Assembly (NCBI GenBank): GCA_964016885.1
Contig: OZ024742.1
Span: 339,512,001-339,576,000, forward strand
Origin: Eledone cirrhosa
Lineage: Eukaryota
DNA: 64,000 bases
Reading direction: 5' to 3'
Made by a program: the position numbers and the translations under genes. Shown one piece after another: positions 13,932 through 27,389 of the stretch. The notes under the pieces were generated by a model that saw only the letters and a list, made by a program, of their open reading frames with translations, was not told the DNA's origin and did not search any database. Every line of letters begins with the position of its first letter. The first letter of the stretch is position 1.

Positions 13932-14044
13932 GTTTTTCTATCTTTACTTGTTATCCACCCCTCCTCTCTTATTGTTATTGTTGAGATTGTTGTTGTTATT
14001 GATAATGTTCTTATTGATAATGTTGTTGTTGTTGTTGTTGTTGG

Positions 14045-14075
<31 letters not shown>

Positions 14076-14277
14076 AAATACAAGTTATTCAAGATATTTT
14101 CTACATTTCTTCATTTTTTTCTCTCTCACTTATTTTCTCTTTACCTTTACTCCTATTTCAGACACACACGCACATCCACACCCTCACATACACACACACA
14201 CTCTCTCTCACACACGCACAAGCACACACACACACACACACACACACATTCACACACATATCTATATGTCTGTGTGC

Positions 14278-14322
<45 letters not shown>

Positions 14323-14573
14323 TCTCTCTCTATATATATATATATTTATATACGCCAGTATGTATCTATGTTTGTGTGTATGTAAATATACATGAGTGTT
14401 TGTGTAAACAAGAGTGAGTTTGAAGGATCAATGATTCGATTAAAGAATGTTTTTCCTAACTATATAAAATATATATATATATATACCTTTCATTTATATA
14501 TATATATATATATATATAAATCAGGAAAGAAGAGTGACACGGTTTGCTATACGAAAAAGGTTTTTAATCTCAT

Positions 14574-14681
14574 TGCTGACAATTGTTTCTCTGAACTGGT
14601 AGGTCTAGAGATCGCTATCCGCTTATTTTCACGTTACTCGATCGCCAATACAAAGTTATAACCAGTCAGTTCATCAGTGTT
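14574..14681 (-). ncRNA. Type I HHR core (helix I lost) within PLE-type insertion 14520-14832
   Basis: CTGATGA-actgactgg...ccagttcaga-GAAAC-aatt-GTC-agca; same family as 4202-4309. Confidence 0.65.
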
Positions 14682-14829
14682 TACAACATAGGAATTACAG
14701 CGTACTCCCAGCATTACTATGGAAACGCCTTGTTGAGTCAAACTTAGCCAAGCGTTGATATCATCCACTACCCGGAGTACCATAACTGGACTACACCTAA
14801 GTGGACTACCTATAACAATAATTTGTTAC

Positions 14830-14879
<50 letters not shown>

Positions 14880-15015
14880 GAAATAACAGGAGGCTGGACT
14901 GGTGTAAATCCTTGAAAGGTTTATTATAACATGATCATTTCAATAACAATATTACACTAGGATTGACCATACGGAATGACCAGTTCTATCCAGTGGTGAG
15001 CCAACAAACCTAAAG

Positions 15016-15054
<39 letters not shown>

Positions 15055-15057
<3 letters not shown>

Positions 15058-15234
15058 GTGGAACACTGGAAGGTAATATCGGTAGTGGTAGAGCACTCAG
15101 TCCAAGAGACGAGTTAGGTAGAAGTGGTTACATAACAGTTAGTTCACCAGACCGAGAAACAATTGTTTCACCTTAGCGGATCCGCTAAGGTGAAACAATT
15201 GTTCTCGGTATGGTGAACTAACTGTTGTGTAACC

Positions 15235-15240
<6 letters not shown>
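15055..15240 (-). mobile_element. PLE-type fold-back element with 3' half of HHR
   Basis: Palindrome 15120-15240 centred on ggatcc; GAAAC-aatt-GTT on each arm; extra tail on the left. Confidence 0.65.
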
Positions 15241-15291
<51 letters not shown>

Positions 15292-15293
<2 letters not shown>

Positions 15294-15449
15294 ACGAAGG
15301 AAATGTGGTAAGGAACTTGATGGACCATAACGCACCAAAGTACTCAATACTTAGGGTAGTAGAGTGGGTAATAGGAACAAGTATGTCTCCGACGGCAGAG
15401 CTCAAGCCGTTTCGACGGCTTGAGCTCAGCCGTCGGGGTCCTACTCGTT

Positions 15450-15484
<35 letters not shown>

Positions 15485-15682
15485 CGAAAGAAATGTGGTA
15501 AGGAACTTGATGGACCATAACTCACCAAAGTACTCAATACTTAGGGTAGTAGAGTGGGTAATAGGAACAAGTATGTCTCCGACGGCAGAGCTCAAGCCGT
15601 TTCGACGGCTAATTCTGGACGAGTCCAGAATTAGCCGTCGAAACGGCTCGAGCTCTGCCGTCGGGATCATACTTGTTCCTAT
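15292..15682 (-). mobile_element. Two adjacent Family A elements (15292-15453, 15482-15682)
   Basis: Same tail and gacggcagagctcaagccgtttcgacggc fold-back, separated by (TA)n. Confidence 0.85.
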
Positions 15683-15761
15683 ATATATATATATAAGGAA
15701 GAAAGATGAAATCGAAAATGCAACTGGAGTCTTTGTTTTTTTAAATATATTTATTTGGTTC

Positions 15762-15797
15762 CTTTACCGGTTTCGCAGTTCTTGTGCTTTTCAAAAG
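15762..15797 (-). ncRNA. 36-nt minimal type I HHR with U3:A8 covariant core (element 15695-15890)
   Basis: ctt-TTGAAAA-gca-caagaac-tgc-GAAAC-cg-GTA-aag. Confidence 0.7.
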
Positions 15798-15884
15798 TAG
15801 AGTTGAGATGGAGGGTCTGTCGTTTTTCTCACATCACTCGTGTAGGACACCTCGTTTTTTTTTCATTTTGTAAAAAAACCTCAC

Positions 15885-15920
<36 letters not shown>

Positions 15921-16116
15921 ATAAATCTACCAAGAGTTTACGGTAGTGTCCAATACGTATTAAGAACTCAATGTATTCCGGATATCATGGAAAGAAGAGA
16001 TGTAATGAAAAATCACTTTCGGTGAAAGATAAACGGAATACAGAGTCAAGATAAAATATTAAACAAATAATGAATAAAACAATGAAACAGTTCCTTATAT
16101 TAAACAAAAAAAGTTC

Positions 16117-16265
16117 ATTATTTAACGATCGTTTCTAGGATATATATGTGTTAGAATTGGCATGCATATTCAACAGATCTATGTACAAAATTATACAAAA
16201 TTATACAAACTATCAAGATTAAATATACATACCAAACACACATATATGCCGTCTTCAGAAATAAT
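16117..16265 (-). ncRNA. Type I HHR, mirror copy of 16426-16574
   Basis: Reverse complement of the plus-strand ribozyme in the same palindrome. Confidence 0.75.
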
Positions 16266-16425
16266 TATTTCTGAAGACGGCATATATGTGTGTTTGGTAT
16301 GTATATTTAATCTTGATAGTTTGTATAATTTTCAACAGATCTATGTACAAAATTATACAAAATTATACAAACTATCAAGATTAAATATACATACCAAACA
16401 CACATATATGCCGTCTTCAGAAATA

Positions 16426-16574
16426 ATTATTTCTGAAGACGGCATATATGTGTGTTTGGTATGTATATTTAATCTTGATAGTTTGTATAATTTTGTATAA
16501 TTTTGTACATAGATCTGTTGAATATGCATGCCAATTCTAACACATATATATCCTAGAAACGATCGTTAAATAAT
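16426..16574 (+). ncRNA. Type I HHR with about 115-nt helix II domain
   Basis: attattt-CTGAAGA-cggcatatatgtg...cacatatatatccta-GAAAC-gatc-GTT-aaataat; 7-bp helix I. Confidence 0.75.
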
Positions 16575-16659
16575 GAACTTTTTTTGTTTAATATAAGGAA
16601 CTGTTTCATTGTTTTATTCATTATTTGTTTAATATTTTATATATATATATATATATATT

Positions 16660-17062
16660 AATAATACAAGGACGATTTGTTAAGCCTTCATTACGTTTAT
16701 TGATTGGTGACGCGCGTTTCGCTATTGATAAGCTCAAGGTTCGATCTGTATCGATCTGGCCCGACTCTAGAATCAAAAGCTCGTCGAATCTCTGCTTTTG
16801 TAATGACAGAATGTTATAATGACAGAATGGTCCGACGAACTTTTGATTCCAGAGTCGGGCCTGATTGATACACATCGAACCTTGAGCTAATCAATAGCGA
16901 AACGCATGTCACCAGTCAATAAACATAATGAAAGCTTAACAAATCCTCCTTGTATTATTATATAACACTCTGTTTAGCTCTACACCTTGCTACTGATGTG
17001 AACCTAAACATCGAGTGCTCACCCGGGTGAACCTACAGTAACTTCACGTTACACCCCTTGGA
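16660..17062 (+). mobile_element. PLE-type fold-back element with degenerate HHRs (16829-16913, CCGACGA core)
   Basis: 16660-16786 is inverted at 16833-16960; tail to 17062; family of 23500-23755 and 54883-55138. Confidence 0.8.
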
Positions 17063-17171
17063 TATATATATGTATATATATATATATTAAGATAAGCAGA
17101 ACAAGTAAAATTCAATCAATTTTTCAAAATACATTAAAAAATATAATATAAATATTTACCTCTCCTAGTGG

Positions 17172-17250
17172 CCCTTACTGATCAGTTTCGCTTTGTAAAA
17201 CCTCATAAATCCGATGGATTTATGATGGAAAACCAAAGCTCATCAGAGAA
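17172..17250 (-). ncRNA. Type I HHR with canonical core (element 17088-17415)
   Basis: ttct-CTGATGA-gctttg...(tcataaatcc/ggatttatga)...caaagc-GAAAC-tgatca-GTA-aggg. Confidence 0.85.
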
Positions 17251-17772
17251 GCATTTTCCCATCCTAGGGCTAAACGTCCCAGGAACGACAAAATATACAA
17301 CCTCCTGCCAGCTAATAAAGGTCTGAAAGGTCGTAAAATTGACCCGTATGTAAACTGGACCGAAGTAAAAGCGGGAAAATCAAAGACTTGCTGTCTACAA
17401 TTACTACTAAAAAATATATATATATATATATATACAATCAAGCTCTCTCTCTCTCTTTCTCTCTCTCACACGCACACACACACACACATATATATATATA
17501 TTGTTATACTTGGGGAGGGTCATATTTGTGTTATAATATTACCAGAAATAATAACAGAACCCACTGACTGTTTGGTTGCTTTCCGCTTCTGTATCTTTTA
17601 TATCTCCATAGTTAATTCATTCGGCAATAAATGTTTATCATTGATTGACCAACGGTTAAACATACAAATATAAATATATATACATAGTCTATCAAAGTTC
17701 TTTCGTTGCACATCTGCAACATCATCAGTGGTCCTATTATGTTCCCTCCTATTGTATTGTAATATCTACACC

Positions 17773-17842
<70 letters not shown>

Positions 17843-18117
17843 ATATATATGTGTGTAATGAATAAACAATATCTCTGATCGAGACGAAGCGAGGGTGTAT
17901 TTGAATTCATATAAAAATGAGAAAACTCATCTCTAGAACAGCCATTAAAACATCCAGATCCTATCAAAGATAGAGAGAGACAAAATTGCCCGAGAGGACA
18001 GAGACCAGCAACCAGTGATCAACAGAGAGACAAACCACATGGTGGGTGACAGTCAGATGAAACACAGAAAAGACAAAGAGGAAGAGGACAAGGAGAAGTG
18101 AGCTGGTTAACAGACCC

Positions 18118-18342
18118 ATGGTTACGACGACAAGTATACTTGTTGATACGATTAACGGAACGACCTGCCTGTGAAATCAGCGTGCAAGTGGCTGAGCATT
18201 CCACAAACACCTGTACCTTTTAACGTAGTTCTCAGGGAGATTCAGCATGACACAGAATGTGACATGGCTAGCCCTTAGAATTACAGGTACAACTCATTTT
18301 TGCCAGCTGAGTTGAGTGGAACAACGTGAAATAAAGTGTCTA
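18118..18342 (-). mobile_element. SINE body (Nin-domain-like)
   Basis: Reverse-complement homolog of 9515-9727. Confidence 0.75.
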
Positions 18343-18611
18343 ATGCAAGCAGTACTCAACAGAAAAACTCACGTAGCACATTCTACATAACAGAACCCCC
18401 CCCCCCCCACACACAATTTACACCTAAATGACCCCTCCCCGCCTCACAGCAGTAGAGAACTGAAGAATTATGCACAAGGAGTTTTACGACCCCCAAAGAC
18501 AATGTTGTACACAGGAACACGGAGGTGGCTTTGGTGATGCTGTAGGAATTTGCATAAAACTGACGCGAATAATGATATTGTTAATAATAAATATAACAAA
18601 AGTAATAATAA

Positions 18612-18942
18612 TAATTTCTTTATTAACCACTAGGGACGACATATAGGGGACAATACAGAGACAGTGGGGTTTACAATAAAATCGAGTAAAAACAAATTAA
18701 CAAAAACAATTAACAATAAAATTACCCAATAGGGGAAGAACCACCCAGTGGCGACTCAGGTACCCCATGATACCTGAACCATTCGACGCTTTGAGGGCAC
18801 CCGGGAAGGGCACTATTCTCCTTAAATTAACCAGTCTATATGTGCGTGCTCACTGTAGGCCCATTCATACGGGCCATTCACCCACTTTTAGCAAATGTAT
18901 TGGGGGCAGCACTTCTCTCTCCACGCTCAACTTCCTTTCCAA
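18612..18942 (-). mobile_element. L1/Tx1-like LINE 3' end with (TTA)n tail
   Basis: Minus translation ERKLSVEREVLP; terminus matches the one at 18960. Confidence 0.6.
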
Positions 18943-18959
18943 ATAATAACAATAATAAT

Positions 18960-19895
18960 AATTTCTTTATTAGCCACACAGGGCTCACATTAAGGAAACG
19001 TTAAAGACGGTACAGGACGATGCAGTGTGGGTTGTTTTGTGTAAAATATAATGTATAACAGAGACTAAGAAAATAAACATTTAAAAACAGATATAACAAA
19101 ATCCCCAAAGTTGAGGAGACTCTAAGGGTCACTCGTGGAGAAATCCCACAAAATCCACGGTCCCCCTGCCCTACAGGCGTATGCGCAAGACAGGCCCATT
19201 CACACAGACCATGCTCGTCACTCTCATTCACCTTTCAACAAACAGGCAGCACTTCCCACTTCAAGTGAAACCTGAACAAGTTAATCACGGCTTCCCCGAA
19301 CAGGCAAAGGGCTGTCTTCACCTCTTTCATGCGCGTCCACCACATGTCCTCTTTCGTCATGGCCACCAGGCAGACACAAACCGCCTGTACTTCTCCTCAA
19401 AAGGAAGATGACAGAGCGATCTTCACAATGGACTCAGTTGATAGTCGGATCCGTCGTACACGTCACAGCAGGGGCTCGACATAAACACACAGGTCAGCAA
19501 TACCCGGACACTCGACGAGTGCGTTCACGACGGTTTCCTCGCCCTGCACATACCTCGGACAGGCTCAACAGACGGCACTTCCATTTATCTCGAACTGGAA
19601 TAGCTCCTTGGAAGCACTGTCAGGCCAGGGATTTCTGGAAGTTCTCCATGGACCCTGGACCGAAAGTTCTCTAGAAAAGAGTGGCTAGTTGATTTTCGTC
19701 AAAGCCCAGAGCTCCTCAAGGACGTTATTGATCTTACCCTCCACTGACCCTTTATAGAACGCTAAGGTGGAGTTTCCACCGATCGCACTGCCTGATTGGC
19801 TGAGGACTGTGAGCGCTTGAAGGCAATCTAGTCTCCAGGCGCTCCCCTTCGTAATGATTTCTCTATTAAACACAAAGGGTTTACATCGAGAAAAC
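18960..19895 (-). pseudogene. L1/Tx1-clade ORF2 C-terminal fragment plus 3' UTR
   Basis: Minus translation ACPRYVQGEETVVNALVECPGIADL (decayed CCHC knuckle) and RIRLSTESIVK; (TTA)n tail. Confidence 0.7.
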
Positions 19896-20444
19896 ATAGC
19901 GTGTGTATATGTTTGTGTGTGTCTGTGTGTGTTGGTGTGTGTGTATGTGTGTTGGTGTGTGTGTGTTGGTGTGTGTGTTGGGGTGTGTGTTGGTGTATGT
20001 GTTGGTGTGTGTGTATGTGTATGTGTTGGTGTGTATGTGTATGTATGTGTGTGTGTGTGTGTATGTGTTGTTTGTGGATAATAATAATAGTAATAAATTT
20101 AATGGTCACCGGGGCCCAAGACTTAGGAATGGTACGAGGACGAAATACATTGCTGTGAGGTTTATATCGAGAAAACTTTGGGGAAATAATAACAACAACA
20201 ACAATAATAATGTTGGCTGACTAATAAGAGGCCCAATAACTGTTACTATAACATTTAACTTCACCCCCCCCCCCAAATAAAGACAGAAAGAAAGAATTAT
20301 AGTAATGATAATAATAATAATTCTCTGCGGTGTAAAAACATCCAAATAAGGTGTAAGCTTATATCAGCATTATTAATGTTATTATTATGATTATTGTTGT
20401 TCTTGTTATTGTTATTTGTAGTTTGGTAATTGAAGCTGTTCGTC

Positions 20445-20476
<32 letters not shown>

Positions 20477-20581
20477 GGAGTATTTTTTACCCTTTCCAAA
20501 TATTCTACAATGGGGGAAAGACTCATGTCCCAAGTCGTTTGATTGTAGGCAGACTTTTATACCTACATATATATAAATATA

Positions 20582-20641
<60 letters not shown>

Positions 20642-21113
20642 TAGATAGATAGATAGATACATACATATATACATACATACATATATACATACATGCATAT
20701 GTACATACATACGCACAGATATACGCGCACATATATATATATGCATTAATAAATATATATATATACACACACACACACATGTATATATATATATGTGTGT
20801 TTGTATGTCTATGTGTTTATATATATATACTTATACTTACACACACACACACACACACATATATATACACATACATACATACATACACATACACACATAT
20901 ATATATATATATATATACATAAGGCAATGGAAGACTTTAGCATTTAATTTGTTCTGTGTAAGGGGAACTCAGGGACCTAATCTGATGTATGATTGATAAA
21001 GAATGACTTAGTTTAGTTTTGGCAACTAATCAAATAACAAAACTGCCACGGAAATAGTAAAACAGTAGAAAAGTGTGAAAACGTTGCTTGTTCCATTGGT
21101 GGCCAGTCATTGT

Positions 21114-21376
<263 letters not shown>

Positions 21377-21432
21377 GAAACTATTCAGGACCCCGACGGC
21401 TCAGTTCCGGCCGTTTCAACAGCTAGATCCGA

Positions 21433-21463
<31 letters not shown>

Positions 21464-21487
21464 TATATACATATATATATATATATA

Positions 21488-21682
21488 TAGGAAAATGTTC
21501 AAGACCCCGACGGCAGAGCTCAAGCCGTTTCGACGGCTATTTCCAGAAATAGCCATCGAAACAGCTTGAGCTCTGCCGTCGGGGTCTTGAACATTTTCTT
21601 ATTACCCACTCTACTACCCTAAGTATTGAGTACTCTGGTGCGTTATGGTTCATCTGGTTCCTTACCACACTTCCTTCGTTAT
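21488..21682 (+). mobile_element. Family A fold-back element (related fragment at 21375-21432)
   Basis: Palindrome about 21541 plus tail, in (TA)n. Confidence 0.85.
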
Positions 21683-21785
21683 ATATATATATGTATATAT
21701 ATATGTATGTATACATATATATAAATGTATATATATATATATTTATATATATATGTCTATATATGTATATATATATGTATATATG

Positions 21786-21838
<53 letters not shown>

Positions 21839-21918
21839 ACAAACATATATATCCATTTCTCTCTCTCTCACTCTCTATCTATCTATCTATCTATCTTTAT
21901 ATACATCTCTCTCTCTCA

Positions 21919-21999
<81 letters not shown>

Positions 22000-22634
22000 T
22001 ATAAATATATATATATACACACATTCACATACATTTGTATATATGTATATTTGTGTGATATATATGTGTAATGTTGCATACATGTACATCTTCACTACTG
22101 AGGATTATAACAGTGAAAATATTGCTGAACTTAAAAGATCAGTACTTGAATATTGTATCATTGCTGTAAAAATGTCTACCAAAAATACGTCCCAAGCTAA
22201 TGAAGCGATCATAGAATAATAAAACAACAATACAACGAAACAAACACCAAAATAAATTAATATAAAGCAACCACAAGTCCGTATCATCACAATTGTTACA
22301 GTTAATACTCTTAAACATTAGTAGAAGATAAAAAATTCATTTGTATGTCCCAAAACAAAATGGCTATTAAATAACAAAAATATGATCATATTTGGGGAGT
22401 TGTTATTTCATGTGGCTGCCATTTATAAAATAACAGAATGCTGTTTACATCGAAAAATTGTTTCCCTCTATGCATTAATAAAAGAACATTTTTGTTGTTC
22501 TTACTCTTGTTCTTGTTCCTTTTGTTGTTGTCTATTCATGAACAGTTTTTGTAGCGGTATTGAATAGGGTTACATATATACGTGTACATAAATATGTCTC
22601 TCTATATATATATATTCATTCATATAAACAAATG

Positions 22635-22687
<53 letters not shown>

Positions 22688-22758
22688 GCATATTTGTATA
22701 TATATATATATATATATATGCATACTTGTATATATATATATATATATATATGCATACT

Positions 22759-22794
<36 letters not shown>

Positions 22795-22872
22795 AAAAGT
22801 GTCAGGACCCCAACGGCTGCGCTCTGGCCGTTTCGACAGGTAGATCCGACCCCTATATATATATATATAAAT

Positions 22873-23065
22873 ATGAAAAATTTGGGACCCCGATGGCTGA
22901 GCTCCTTCAGTTTCAACAGCTAGCTGCGAACTGGATTTAGCTGTTGAAACGGCAGGGACTCAGCCATCGGGGTCTCAAATTTTTCATATTACCCACTGTA
23001 CTATCCCAAGTATCGAGTACTCTGGTGAGTAATGGTCTAACTCGTTTTTACCGCTTCCGTTCTAA
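22873..23065 (+). mobile_element. Diverged Family A-type fold-back element (related fragments at 22791-22853, 23791-23855)
   Basis: gaccccgatggctgag...ctcagccatcggggtc arms plus tail aagtatcgagtactctggt. Confidence 0.75.
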
Positions 23066-23079
23066 TATATATATATATA

Positions 23080-23462
23080 TGGAAGTTTTTATGAAGCCGT
23101 AGCTATGTAAACACCGGGGGCCTAACGCCACCTGGCGGTATCCAGTAGAAGCAAGGGGGACAACTGTCTATGCATTTCAGGCCATCGTCAGGACGATCCA
23201 CCCCCCCCCCCCTCTTGCGACTGCTGGTCTTGAAAACCGCCGAGAATATATAGTTTTCTCGTCTGTGTAAATGAGGTGATTAATCTCATTTGCATATGAA
23301 GCTGCATAAGTCGGCTCAACTTATAATAAAAAAGAAAATTTTGCTTCGAGCATAGCTTTATACAATATGTATGGAAGTTTTTATGAAGCCGTGTAAGCTT
23401 TTATGAAGCTATGTAAACACCGGGGGGCTAACGCCCCCTGGTGGTATCCAGTAGAAGCAATA
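23080..23462. repeat. Partial tandem duplication, about 291-nt period, in (TA)n; PLE-like
   Basis: 23080-23155 recurs at 23371-23460. Confidence 0.6.
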
Positions 23463-23465
23463 TAA

Positions 23466-23500
<35 letters not shown>

Positions 23501-23549
23501 AATAGGATAACAAGGACGATTGGTTACTCCTTCATTACGTTTATTGGTT

Positions 23550-23634
23550 GGTGACGCGCGTTTCGCCACTGATCAACTCAAGGTTTGATCTGTATCGATC
23601 TGACCCGACTCTGTAATCCGCGGCTCGTCAGACC
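23550..23634 (-). ncRNA. Type I HHR with canonical core
   Basis: ggt-CTGACGA-gccgcggat...atcagtggc-GAAAC-gcgc-GTC-acc. Confidence 0.85.
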
Positions 23635-23751
23635 CCTTGTAATGTTAATGGAAAAATGTTATCTTATTTCACTATAATACACTCTGTCTAGCTCTACACC
23701 TCGACACTGAAGTGAACCTAAACATCCAGTGCTCACATAGGTACACTCCCT

Positions 23752-23794
<43 letters not shown>

Positions 23795-24118
23795 TTCGGA
23801 CCTAGCTGTCGAAACGGCAGGAGCTCAGCCGTCGGCATCCTGACTCTTTTCCTATATATATATATATTTACGCAGTCCATCTCTTCTATGTAAGACGTGT
23901 GTGTTGTATCTGGTTAATTGTATATTTTTGTATGTTGTTATATTGTCTCTCACCCATCTTAGAAGCGGTTTGCTTTCAATGCTGTTGTGCAATCTGATGT
24001 TATGATGTAATCTTATCTTTATGCACAAACTTGCATCCTATGAACTGGCTGAAGGTGGTTAATATTCTTTACAATGTAATACGTGATCATACCTCACAGA
24101 AGTATATTATTTCTCTAA

Positions 24119-24310
24119 GGGCGGTGGATTGGCAGTATATGTAGAGGGTCGGACGCCATGCTTTGCAGCACAGTTACGTCCCTTTACAGACTGAGTTCAA
24201 ATCCCGCCAAGGTTAATTATGCCTTTCATCCTTACGGGGTCGATAAAATAAAGTACCAGTAATACACTGGGATAATTACTGGCCTTGTGCAGAAGTAGAA
24301 ACAATTATTT
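24119..24310 (+). mobile_element. tRNA-derived SINE (CORE-type)
   Basis: ggcggtggattggcagt...gagttcaaatcccgcc...gtcgataaaataaagtaccag. Confidence 0.8.
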
Positions 24311-24461
24311 CTCTAATATTTCCCTAATAGGTACAGGATGGTTGTGAGTTAAGGAGTTTACTTCAAAACCAGATGTTTAGGGCTCATACACATTGCGCTT
24401 TTTACTATAGCTTTGGGCTATTGTCGTATATACATACATACATACATATGCACAGACACAC

Positions 24462-24551
<90 letters not shown>

Positions 24552-24644
24552 ATATGTATATACGAAAATATATATATATTATGGAATACTGTTGGCTTCT
24601 TGCTACAATAATTTCTATACTTTTCATTTATATATATATATATA

Positions 24645-25587
24645 CCGTATTTTCCGGTATATAGGACGCGCTTTTTCTTCCAAAATTCGACCCTCAAAAT
24701 AACTGTGCGTCTTATAAGGCGAAGCTCAGGTTTGGGGTAATTTTATAATTAAATAGTAGGAAATATTTAGACTTTTGTTTAAATTTTCGAAAGTATACCT
24801 TCTTGGGACCCATTTCGTGCTCATACGGCTGAGAACTCAGTAAATAGGGTAAAGAACTTAAAAACTGCAATAGCTGTTATACCTTGTGGACTTCTCAATA
24901 ACAACCCCTTTCACTAAACTATCCTTTTCAGGCCCACATGAAATAGGAATGGGATAATTGGATGAAGGACCCCCCAACATGAACTGACACCGACCGGATG
25001 TATGAAGAGGCCTATATTTTCCCAGGTAACCCAGTGGGGGAATAAATCATGGGTTGCTGTGTAAACCAAGACAGTTATAAAAGCTTTAAAAACATGTGGC
25101 ATCAACAACTCCCTAGATGGCACCGAAGATGATTTTCTGAATAATGATAGCAACACAAGAGATTCTGGAAAGAGCGATGACCTCCGAGGAAGGAGAAAAA
25201 GATGATGAATTTCAGGAACTAGACGAGGGTGACAACCAGGAAATCAATGAGGGTGACAGCCAGGAAATCAATGAGGATGACAGCCAGGAAATTAATGAGG
25301 GTGACAGTCAGGAAATCAATGAGGGTTACAGTCAGGAAATCAATGAGGGTGACAGCCAGGAAATCAATGAGGATGACAGCCAGGAAATCAAGGAGAATGA
25401 CAGCCAGGAAATCAATGAGGTTGACAGCCAGGAAATCAGTAAGGATGTCAATAGTTACGATTTTATAAGATTTGAAAGTGATTAAAATTTTGATAGCATT
25501 AATAGTGTTAATTCCCCTTAGTTTTATTCATGTTAAATTTAGAGTGCGTCCTATATTCTGGTGCGTCTTATATTCCGAAAAATACGC
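24645..25587 (+). mobile_element. Internally deleted pogo/Tigger-like DNA transposon with transposase C-terminal remnant
   Basis: TA-flanked TIRs ccgtattttccgg.atataggacgc / gcgtcttatattccgaaaaatacg; translation PFQAHMK*EWDNWM..LTPTGCMKRP..IKALKTCGINNSLDGTEDD; 24-nt tandem repeat at 25220-25450. Confidence 0.85.
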
Positions 25588-25729
25588 TATATATGTTTCT
25601 ATATATATCTATTTACATACTAATTGACCAAGCTACAGAGAACACGAAAGAAGCAATCATTCTCCTTGAAAATACTTGTGGAACTTAAGTTGAAGCGGCT
25701 TGGCCCTACCATTGGGATTCTACTTCTTC

Positions 25730-25787
<58 letters not shown>

Positions 25788-25788
25788 C

Positions 25789-25917
<129 letters not shown>

Positions 25918-26075
25918 AACAAACACACATATATATATATATGTATATACAAGCACACACACACACACACATATATATATATGCTTAAACCTCTGCCAGC
26001 TTAAACCTCTTCAAATGGAAGTCGGTGTTATAACGGTATGTCGAATCTATTTATCTATAAAACTGTTTATATTGT

Positions 26076-26139
26076 ATTTTGTCTGAGGAAGGCATAGCAT
26101 ATTGTTAATATGATATCCCCGAAATATATATAATGAAAT
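26076..26139 (+). ncRNA. Type I HHR, partly degenerate helix II
   Basis: attttgt-CTGAGGA-aggcatagcatatt/aatatgatatcccc-GAAAT-atat-ATA-atgaaat. Confidence 0.65.
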
Positions 26140-26177
26140 AAATATGGTTTTATAAATATAGTTTCCATTTATTTAAT

Positions 26178-26212
<35 letters not shown>

Positions 26213-26318
26213 ATAATAATAAAATTGAAGAGTAAAATCCAAAGAGGGCTCGATAAGGAAAATATATATCAAATATATAAGAACCGTAGAGCAAATATTT
26301 ATTAAAATAACAGATTAA

Positions 26319-26369
26319 AGTTTAAGCAAAGAATCGCTGCTTTCACCCTTAACGGGATCTTCTGAAACT
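26319..26369 (-). ncRNA. Type I HHR with U4A lesion, within PLE-type insertion 26210-27305
   Basis: agttt-CAGAAGA-tccc-gttaa-gggt-GAAA-gca...tgc-TT-aaact; an about 140-nt tandem duplication follows at 26455-26715. Confidence 0.55.
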
Positions 26370-27389
26370 AACAAAGTCAATCTGTAAACGCAGAACTGGA
26401 TATTTCAAAAAACGTTGCAACCGGAGGAAGACAGGAAGACGATACTTTGGTTCGTGGTAACGTTCGCTGGCAAAGAACGGGAAAATCGAATAATACGTCA
26501 TTAATAGGAGCGGTGAAAAACAATTACGCGCAAAGACAAAACCACGTTTATGGTATAAAAGAGGTCGTAGACTAATGTTCTCTTAGGTGGTGCATAGAGA
26601 CGTTCTCTGGCAATGAACGAAAAAACGAAGATAATAAGTCATATGTGGAGCGTGGAGAACAATAGCACGTAAAGACAAAACCACGTAAATGGTATAGCAG
26701 AAATCGTAGACTAAAATTCTAACTAGGAGACCAAATGAATCTCCGCTACAGAGTTAAGAACAAAGTAAATAAATACAATACAGAAGTAATAGAAACAAAT
26801 AAATACATACACGCAAACAGATACGTACATACACAAGCATACGCAAAACCTTACCATGGGTATACAAAACCACGCACATATAAATATGTGCGTGTGTGTA
26901 TGCTTGTGTCCAAATAAATAAATAATTATATAAGCGTATATAAGTAAATAAATACGTATATAACAAGCGCACACGCATACCTACATATAAATACACGAAT
27001 GTACGGAGACGTAAGTCAACTAAAACAAGAAGTACACATATACACACACCCACCATACGTACGAACCTGCACACTCACGCGGACGCAAAACTCCCGTATA
27101 CACATAGCCAAACCCTAAATACCAGAATATGTAAAAATTATACGCTATAACAGTCAAATATACGTACGAGAAGGTATACATACCTTCACAAAACATACGG
27201 GTAATATATACTTACCTATGCAAATAAGTAAAGGAATAAACAAAACATATACTTAGCTCCCACATCAAGACGTAAAATATCCACGTATAGATCGTGCTAT
27301 CCGTTATATATATATATATACGCACACACACACACACACGCATATATATATATATATACGCACACACACACACGCATATATATATATAT

